From: an uncultured Chitinophagales bacterium
GTDB lineage: Bacteria; Bacteroidota; Bacteroidia; Chitinophagales; JADIYW01
DNA: 64,000 nucleotides
Assembly (NCBI GenBank): GCA_964642875.1
Contig: CAZXRF010000003.1
Span: 554-64,553, forward strand
Direction: 5' to 3'
The notes under the pieces are model-generated. The model was not told the DNA's origin. It searched no databases and worked only from the letters and a program-made list of their open reading frames with translations. The position numbers and the translations under genes were made by a program. Below, in pieces: positions 58,260 to 64,000 of the stretch; position 1 is the first letter of the stretch; each line of letters starts with the position of its first letter.

Positions 58260-58829
58260 ATGAGTAGAAACTTAGCCCAGTTTTCCGACATTGAATTAGT
58301 GGAGTTGTATAAAAGTGATTTTGATACGTTATATGTTGGTGAATTATATAAACGTTATTCTTTATTAGTATATGGCTTGTGTTATAAATACTTGAAAGAT
58401 GAAATTGTAGCTCAAGATGCCGTTACCGAAATTTTTGAATCTGTTATTTTTAAACTAAAAACACACGAGGTTAGTTTTTTTAAATCGTGGCTGTTTATAT
58501 TGTCAAAAAACTATTTACTACGCAGTATTGAAAAAAATAATAGACTGGAAATCAATCCAATAGAAAATATTTCGGAAAGGTTTATGGAAAATGATACAAA
58601 TTTGTATCTCAATAGGCAAGAAGAAGAGAGTGAACTCCTTCAACGAGCGATAAGCAACTTAAACGAAGAGCAACGTACCTGTATTGATTTGTTTTATTAC
58701 CAGCTGAAACCTTACCAAGAAGTTGCTTCCATAACCGGCTACGATCTGAATAAAGTAAAAAGTGCAATTCAGAATGGAAAGAGAAATTTAAAAATATTTA
58801 TGGAAGAAAACAGTCGTACCGATGGATAG
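58260..58829 (+). CDS. ECF-type RNA polymerase sigma-70 factor
   Basis: 189 aa. Region 2-like LYKRYSLLVYGLCYKYL and region 4 HTH EEQRTCIDLFYYQLKPYQEVASITG. Confidence 0.8.
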   Translation: MSRNLAQFSDIELVELYKSDFDTLYVGELYKRYSLLVYGLCYKYLKDEIVAQDAVTEIFESVIFKLKTHEVSFFKSWLFILSKNYLLRSIEKNNRLEINPIENISERFMENDTNLYLNRQEEESELLQRAISNLNEEQRTCIDLFYYQLKPYQEVASITGYDLNKVKSAIQNGKRNLKIFMEENSRTDG

Positions 58830-59577
58830 CGAGCAAATTAAAAAATATTTGGCGAATGAATTATCGCCACAAGAGCGCAATGCCTTTGAGCAGGAAATGG
58901 AAAGTGACCCATTTCTGTTGGAGGCAATTGACGGACTGACATTATCGAACCCGTCGTGGTCAATGCCGGATTTGAATTTAAAAGAAATAGAATTAAACGC
59001 AGGGATAGATGCACAACTTAATAAACCCAAAAAAGGAAAAATATTGGCAATGCCTTTTTTTAGATATGCCGCCGCTGCATGTATCGTTGGGGTACTTGCA
59101 TTGGTGAGTTGGCGGCTATTCCTTGCACCCAAAGCTTTAGACGAACAAACTATTTATGCTGCTTATTTCCATCCGCTTACCCATCCAGATGGTGTAGTTC
59201 GTGGAGCACAATCTAAATCAGATGAAATGACGGCAATTCAGGCGTATGAAAATGAAGATTATTTTTCAGCCATAAAATATTATGAAAAATTGGTAAATAA
59301 TAATCCGATAAATGTGAAAAATAATTTATTCTTAGGGGTTTCTTATTTGGCAACCAATCAGCCCAAGAAAGCAATAGAGGTATTGTCGAAAATTGCAGAT
59401 TCGGAAGAGTATCATGCAGATATAGTGTGGTATTTAGCATTGTCTTATTTAAAAAATAAAGATTTACAACAAGCACAAACTGCTTTTGCTTCACTTGCAA
59501 AAGAAGAAAATTATTACCAAGCACAATCAGTAGAAATTCTCAATAAATTAGATGGGAAAATAGCAAGTACGAAGTAG
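58822..59577 (+). CDS. Putative anti-sigma factor, single-pass membrane protein with periplasmic TPR-like domain
   Basis: Overlaps the sigma gene by 8 nt. One TM segment (AAAACIVGVLALVSWRLFL). C-terminal TPR-like repeats. Confidence 0.5.
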   Translation: MDSEQIKKYLANELSPQERNAFEQEMESDPFLLEAIDGLTLSNPSWSMPDLNLKEIELNAGIDAQLNKPKKGKILAMPFFRYAAAACIVGVLALVSWRLFLAPKALDEQTIYAAYFHPLTHPDGVVRGAQSKSDEMTAIQAYENEDYFSAIKYYEKLVNNNPINVKNNLFLGVSYLATNQPKKAIEVLSKIADSEEYHADIVWYLALSYLKNKDLQQAQTAFASLAKEENYYQAQSVEILNKLDGKIASTK

Positions 59578-59588
59578 CTAATTTCTAA

Positions 59589-60338
59589 TTAACTCTTCGT
59601 CATTGGTAGATAGCGATATTTATTTTTATGAGCTAATATTTTCATTTGTAAAACCCCAAAAACTGCTTCTTTGATAATGCTGCCACTCATCTTAGAAGTG
59701 CCGGCTTCTCGGTCTTTAAAAATAATGGGAACTTCTATTACTTTTTTCTCCGTCAGCCATACGGCGTATTTCATTTCTATTTGGAAGGCATAACCCACAA
59801 ATTTTATCTTGTCGAAATCAATATTTTGTAGGGTTTCATTTCGGTAGCATACAAATCCGGCGGTGGTATCTTTGATGCGCATTCCAGTCATTAAGCGCAC
59901 ATATTTGGAGGCAAACCACGATAAAAATAAACGGTTGAATGGCCAGTTTACAACGCCACCGCCCTTTACATAACGAGAGCCAACAGATAAATACGCGCCT
60001 TTGTTTTCGCAAGCATCTAATAGCTCTAATAATTTTTCAGGAGGATGAGAGAAGTCTGCATCCATTTCAAAAATATACTGGTAATTATTTGCTAATGCCC
60101 ACTTAAATCCGGTAATGTAAGCAGTGCCTAAGCCTAATTTTCCGTTGCGTTCAATAATATACAATCTATCTGGATATTGCTGCATCAAAGATTTTACAAT
60201 CTCAGCTGTGCCATCAGGAGATCCATCTTCAATGATTAAAATATGCAACCTATTAGAGAGTTGTAGTGTGTAGGTGATAATATTGGCAATATTCTCCTTC
60301 TCGTTGTAAGTTGGTATGATTACAATACTGTCTCTCAT
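59589..60338 (-). CDS. GT2-family polyprenyl-phosphate glycosyltransferase (dolichyl-phosphate mannose synthase-like)
   Basis: IIPTYNEKENI, EDGSPDGT and DADFSHP motifs in a 249-aa soluble GT-A fold. Confidence 0.85.
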   Translation of the reverse strand: MRDSIVIIPTYNEKENIANIITYTLQLSNRLHILIIEDGSPDGTAEIVKSLMQQYPDRLYIIERNGKLGLGTAYITGFKWALANNYQYIFEMDADFSHPPEKLLELLDACENKGAYLSVGSRYVKGGGVVNWPFNRLFLSWFASKYVRLMTGMRIKDTTAGFVCYRNETLQNIDFDKIKFVGYAFQIEMKYAVWLTEKKVIEVPIIFKDREAGTSKMSGSIIKEAVFGVLQMKILAHKNKYRYLPMTKS

Positions 60339-60346
60339 TAATTCAA

Positions 60347-60354
60347 CAAAAATA
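60347..60354 (-). promoter_or_regulatory. -7 box TATTTTTG upstream of the GT2 gene
   Basis: Exact TAnnTTTG match on the minus strand, 8 nt upstream of the ATG at 60338. Confidence 0.35.
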
Positions 60355-60525
60355 CACTAAAAGATTTTAATAGTTAATGGATTAAGTCATTTGTTAATGT
60401 TTTTTAATGAATGTAAATAGCATAAAAAGTAGTGTTGTGATATGTTTTTTTGTACTAACAGAAGAATATTTGCTATTTACTGATTTTTTTGGATTTGAGG
60501 GTAAAATACTAAATCCTTATTAGTA

Positions 60526-60559
60526 TTGACCTATTTGTCATTTTCAACAACTACCTTTG
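60526..60559 (+). promoter_or_regulatory. DEAD-box helicase promoter (-33 TTG 60526-60528, -7 TACCTTTG 60552-60559)
   Basis: Exact -7 consensus only 4 nt upstream of the ATG, with a TTG 23 nt upstream of the -7 box. Confidence 0.4.
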
Positions 60560-60563
60560 TACT

Positions 60564-61808
60564 ATGAAATTTTCTGAATACCATATCAATGAAGATATAA
60601 AGTATAACTTAGAGCAATTAGGATATAAGAAACCTACAGATATTCAATTCAAATCTATCCCTCCTATTTTGAGAGGCGAAGACGTGTTGGCTATTGCGCA
60701 AACCGGTACAGGAAAAACAGCGGCATTTGCTATTCCTATTATTCATCTTATTCATCAACGCAAAACCTCCAAAAGAACTGATTTTATTCAATGTATAGTA
60801 ATGGTGCCTACACATGAATTGGCATTACAAATCCAAGAAGTGTTTAACCAAATTGCTAATAAAACAAGGGTAAAAACAATGTGTATTTTTGGCGGAGTTG
60901 AACAAGAGGCGCAAATTGAAACTTTATATAAAGGTGTAGATATTGTAATTGCAACACCAGGAAGAATGTTTGATTTGCAACATCAAGGGGCTTTAGATTT
61001 ATCTAAAATTGATATACTAGTGTTGGATGAAGCTGACCACATGTTGGATTTAGGGTTTATTAAAGACATTCAAGATATGCAACGTTTTTTACCTAAAAAA
61101 CGCCAAACTTTATTTTTTTCTGCTACTATAAATGAGAAAATTAAAAAGCTAGCTTATTCTTTAGTGAGTAATGCTATCCGTATTCAAATTTCCCCCAAAG
61201 ATCCGGTATCTAAAAATGTGCAACACGCAGTTGCTTTTATAAATATGGACGATAAACGATTTTTCTTAGAACGGATTATAAATGAGCATCAGGATAAAAA
61301 GATATTAGTATTTGTGCGTACTAAAGTACGTGCGGAACGTGTGGCAGCTGCGATGGAACGTGCCGGAATAAATACGCTGACTATGCACAGCGATAAAGAA
61401 CATAAAGAGCGATTGCAAGTAATGGATGCTTTTAAACAAGGTAAAACAAAAATATTAATTGCTACCGATATCAATGCCCGCGGAATTGATATACCAAATG
61501 TAGATTATGTAGTGAATTATGATTTGCCAGATGAACCAGAAAATTATGTGCACCGCGTAGGACGTACCGGACGTGGCGATAAGAAAGGACAAGCGATTAG
61601 TTTTTGTAGCGAAGAAGAAAAGCCGACCTTAAAAATTATTGAAACTTTCTTGCATAAACCCGTACATGTAATAAATATTGAAAAAGACGATTATATGGAA
61701 ACGATAGAATTTGCTAATGATACGATGGAAAAAGAAGATTTAAAATCTTTATTGAAAGAAGTAGAAGCATTCGAAAATTTAAAGAAAAAGAAACGAAAGA
61801 AACCTTAA
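60564..61808 (+). CDS. DEAD-box ATP-dependent RNA helicase (RhlE-like)
   Basis: [21 protein letters not shown] and HRVGRTGRG motifs plus a Lys-rich C-terminal tail. Confidence 0.9.
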   Translation: MKFSEYHINEDIKYNLEQLGYKKPTDIQFKSIPPILRGEDVLAIAQTGTGKTAAFAIPIIHLIHQRKTSKRTDFIQCIVMVPTHELALQIQEVFNQIANKTRVKTMCIFGGVEQEAQIETLYKGVDIVIATPGRMFDLQHQGALDLSKIDILVLDEADHMLDLGFIKDIQDMQRFLPKKRQTLFFSATINEKIKKLAYSLVSNAIRIQISPKDPVSKNVQHAVAFINMDDKRFFLERIINEHQDKKILVFVRTKVRAERVAAAMERAGINTLTMHSDKEHKERLQVMDAFKQGKTKILIATDINARGIDIPNVDYVVNYDLPDEPENYVHRVGRTGRGDKKGQAISFCSEEEKPTLKIIETFLHKPVHVINIEKDDYMETIEFANDTMEKEDLKSLLKEVEAFENLKKKKRKKP

Positions 61809-62674
61809 ACATGTCGCTCCGCATGATAAGAAGAGCGTACCATTGGTCCGCTCTCTACATACGGTAAGCCTATGGATAAACCATACTCTTTAAATAGTCT
61901 AAACTTGTCTGGATGTACAAATTCTACTACCTCTAAGTGCATTTTAGTAGGCTGCAAATATTGTCCAAGCGTTACAACATCACATCCATGATATTTTAAG
62001 TCATGCAAAATTTCATATACTTCATCCTCTGTTTCGCCCAAGCCTAGCATAATACCGCTTTTGGTTCGCTTGCCGTATTCTTTAGTGCGTTGTATTTGCT
62101 CCATACTGCGGTCGTACTTCGCTTGTGGACGAACTTTCCGATATAGGCGTTTTACCGTTTCCATATTATGAGATACTACTTCTTGTCCAGCACTTATCAT
62201 TGTTTCTAAAGCCTCCCAATTGCTTTTGGTATCAGGTATAAGTGTTTCTATGGTGGTTTGTGGGGAGAGTTCTTTTATCGCAACTACAGTTTCATGCCAT
62301 ATTCTTGCGCCTTTGTCGGGTAGTTCATCTCTGTTTACTGAGGTAATTACAGCATGTTTTACTTGCATAAGTTGTATAGCCTCCGCCACTCTCCGCGGCT
62401 CGTCGTTGTCAATAAATAGTGGACGCCCCGTAGCCACTGCACAAAAAGAACAAGAGCGTGTACATACATTTCCCAATATCATAAATGTGGCTGTACCAGC
62501 CCCCCAGCATTCTCCCATATTTGGACAATTGCCACTTTCACAAATGGTATGTAATTTATGTGCATCTACAATATTGCGTACTTTTTTATAATTCTCGCCA
62601 ATTGGTATTCTTGCTCTCAACCAAGATGGTTTACGTTTGGGTGAAGGGATAGTATTTGTAGTTGAATCAGTCAT
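61805..62674 (-). CDS. lipA: Lipoyl synthase
   Basis: N-terminal [12 protein letters not shown] cluster motif and radical-SAM CTRSCSFC motif, 289 aa. Confidence 0.93.
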   Translation of the reverse strand: MTDSTTNTIPSPKRKPSWLRARIPIGENYKKVRNIVDAHKLHTICESGNCPNMGECWGAGTATFMILGNVCTRSCSFCAVATGRPLFIDNDEPRRVAEAIQLMQVKHAVITSVNRDELPDKGARIWHETVVAIKELSPQTTIETLIPDTKSNWEALETMISAGQEVVSHNMETVKRLYRKVRPQAKYDRSMEQIQRTKEYGKRTKSGIMLGLGETEDEVYEILHDLKYHGCDVVTLGQYLQPTKMHLEVVEFVHPDKFRLFKEYGLSIGLPYVESGPMVRSSYHAERHV

Positions 62675-62708
62675 TATTGTTTATCTTTTAGTTTACTACA
62701 TTATTTCA

Positions 62709-63539
62709 TTATTTTTCATTCCGTTTCCCCATCATAAATCCTACATACACGCTCGGGTAAAAGAATTTATTTTTATCAACCATCACAGGTACTTTTTTGT
62801 AATAAAAATCTGAAGCTATTCCTATTTCAAGGGTTTTTATAAAACTCTCATTTTTCCCAAAGTCAAAGTCCATGCCTACTTCAAGGTGTAAAGCGGGTAA
62901 AAATTTTAAGTTCCAACCTTTAGAAAATCCTGATGCACCTGCAATTATTTTTCCATTATTTATGGTTGGAAAAGGATAAGCATTTAAAAAACCATTATCC
63001 AAGTTTTTGGAATCGTATTGTACATTTACACCTGTAATAGTATAAAACCCCGAACTGGTATCAATTGATGCTATATTTAATAAATAGGGTTTTAAAATCC
63101 CGATAGATATACCGCCGGCATATTTTAAAAATAATTGTACGCCATGGCGTTTTCCTTTTTCTGCTACCAAAAATTTTTGCCCTACTCCGGCATATAATGT
63201 AAATAGTGTGTTTTGTTTGCCATAAATAAATGGTTTCAATCCATCGCCGCCCCAAAAACCACCACCGCCAAAAGGTGAACTTTGTTTGGTTTGTTTGGGA
63301 TGGATGAAATAAGAAAACTGTACCTGATACAGCATACTTCTTTTGAAGTGTTTGCTGGTGGTAATTTCTGTTCCTATATTGAAACCATCGCTGCGCAAGC
63401 GCAATCCCACTGACCAACTTTTATTATATAATACAGAATCTCTATTGAGTTTAGAATCTTGTCGACGGTATTGTGCTTTAATTTCAGAAAATGAAAATAG
63501 GCATAATAATAGAAATAATATAGAGGTGTTTTTTTTCAC
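62709..63539 (-). CDS. Hypothetical outer-membrane beta-barrel-like protein
   Basis: 276 aa with a signal peptide ending ...SEIKAQ, alternating beta-strand pattern and Gly/aromatic-rich composition. GTG start. Confidence 0.5.
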   Translation of the reverse strand: MKKNTSILFLLLCLFSFSEIKAQYRRQDSKLNRDSVLYNKSWSVGLRLRSDGFNIGTEITTSKHFKRSMLYQVQFSYFIHPKQTKQSSPFGGGGFWGGDGLKPFIYGKQNTLFTLYAGVGQKFLVAEKGKRHGVQLFLKYAGGISIGILKPYLLNIASIDTSSGFYTITGVNVQYDSKNLDNGFLNAYPFPTINNGKIIAGASGFSKGWNLKFLPALHLEVGMDFDFGKNESFIKTLEIGIASDFYYKKVPVMVDKNKFFYPSVYVGFMMGKRNEK

Positions 63540-63595
63540 TTGTATTAAGACGCTAAATTGACTAATTTAGTTTAAAAGTAAAAATAATTTTTAGT

Positions 63596-64000
63596 ATGAT
63601 TACATCAAAAATAGAATATTTAGGAGAATTACGTACGCAAGCCACTCATATTCGTAGCAATACAACTATAATCACGGATGCTCCAGTAGATAATAAAGGA
63701 AAAGGAGAGGCTTTTTCACCTACAGATTTACTTGCAGTGGGTTTAGCTACATGCATCATTACTACAATGGGAATAAAATTAGAAGAAAGTGGTAAAGATA
63801 TAAAAGGTTCAACGGTAGAAGTAACCAAAGTAATGTATGCTGAGCCAAGACGTATCGGTGAAATACATGTAAAATTACAAATTGTAGATAATAACTTCTC
63901 TGAAAAAGAAAAGCAGATACTTACCAATATTGCACATACTTGTCCAGTTGCCAAAAGTTTGCATCCAGATATTAAACAAGTAATTGAAATTGATTTTATT
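63596..64000 (+). CDS. OsmC/Ohr-family protein (3' end beyond the window)
   Basis: Not in the ORF track because no stop is reached. My translation from the ATG at 63596 gives MITSKIEYLGELRTQATHIRSNTTIITDAPVDNKGKGEAFSPTDLLAVGLATCIITTM...IAHTCPVAKSL, with both conserved Cys contexts of OsmC-like proteins. Confidence 0.75.
   Translation, partial: MITSKIEYLGELRTQATHIRSNTTIITDAPVDNKGKGEAFSPTDLLAVGLATCIITTMGIKLEESGKDIKGSTVEVTKVMYAEPRRIGEIHVKLQIVDNNFSEKEKQILTNIAHTCPVAKSLHPDIKQVIEIDFI

Noticed and set aside
1-64000. Window-wide look for CRISPR arrays, IS elements or transposases, integrases, prophage genes, toxin-antitoxin pairs and long (>30 bp) dispersed repeats
   Set aside because: I recognised none by eye. 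The only repeated DNA elements I found are the TetR operators and the short promoter boxes. A computational repeat search would be needed to exclude diverged copies.

Overview
AT-rich, densely coding chromosomal segment that reads as Bacteroidota, mostly housekeeping and envelope genes. Support for that assignment: a gldJ-porU-porV type IX secretion/gliding cluster next to murF, TAnnTTTG -7 promoter boxes, many SD-less starts, and TonB-dependent receptors. From left to right: a tRNA-Ser/tRNA-Pro pair with promoter and terminator; a methyltransferase; a tetR-tolC-emrA-emrB-like efflux operon with two palindromic operators; kup; a Zn-ribbon/coiled-coil/nuclease-like DUF2130-type gene; a ClC channel with CBS domains. 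Next is a three-gene module (Cys-motif membrane protein, Met/His-rich lipoprotein, TonB-dependent receptor) that I read as copper uptake. Then come a 1.2 kb gene-poor patch with two decayed ORFs behind an orphan lipoprotein gene; purS; and an uncharacterised OmpA-family operon with a divergent helical-repeat protein. After that: a FATP-type acyl-CoA synthetase with two acyl-CoA dehydrogenase paralogs (one lacks the MCAD-position catalytic Glu); a FUSC-family protein; a metalloprotease lipoprotein; icd; a sphingomyelinase-like EEP enzyme; ruvB; pssA; a sphingosine-1-phosphate-lyase-like PLP enzyme; and yifB/comM. The right end holds a degenerate arginase-fold protein; a large TonB-like barrel; murF; gldJ; porU; porV; an MBL hydrolase; an 1172-aa Omp85-type protein; yicC; an ECF sigma/anti-sigma pair; a GT2 polyprenyl-phosphate glycosyltransferase; a DEAD-box helicase; lipA; and a partial OsmC gene at the window edge. 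I found no CRISPR array, transposase, integrase, rRNA or obvious defence island. The findings are hypotheses from reading motifs by eye. No database search or computation was run.
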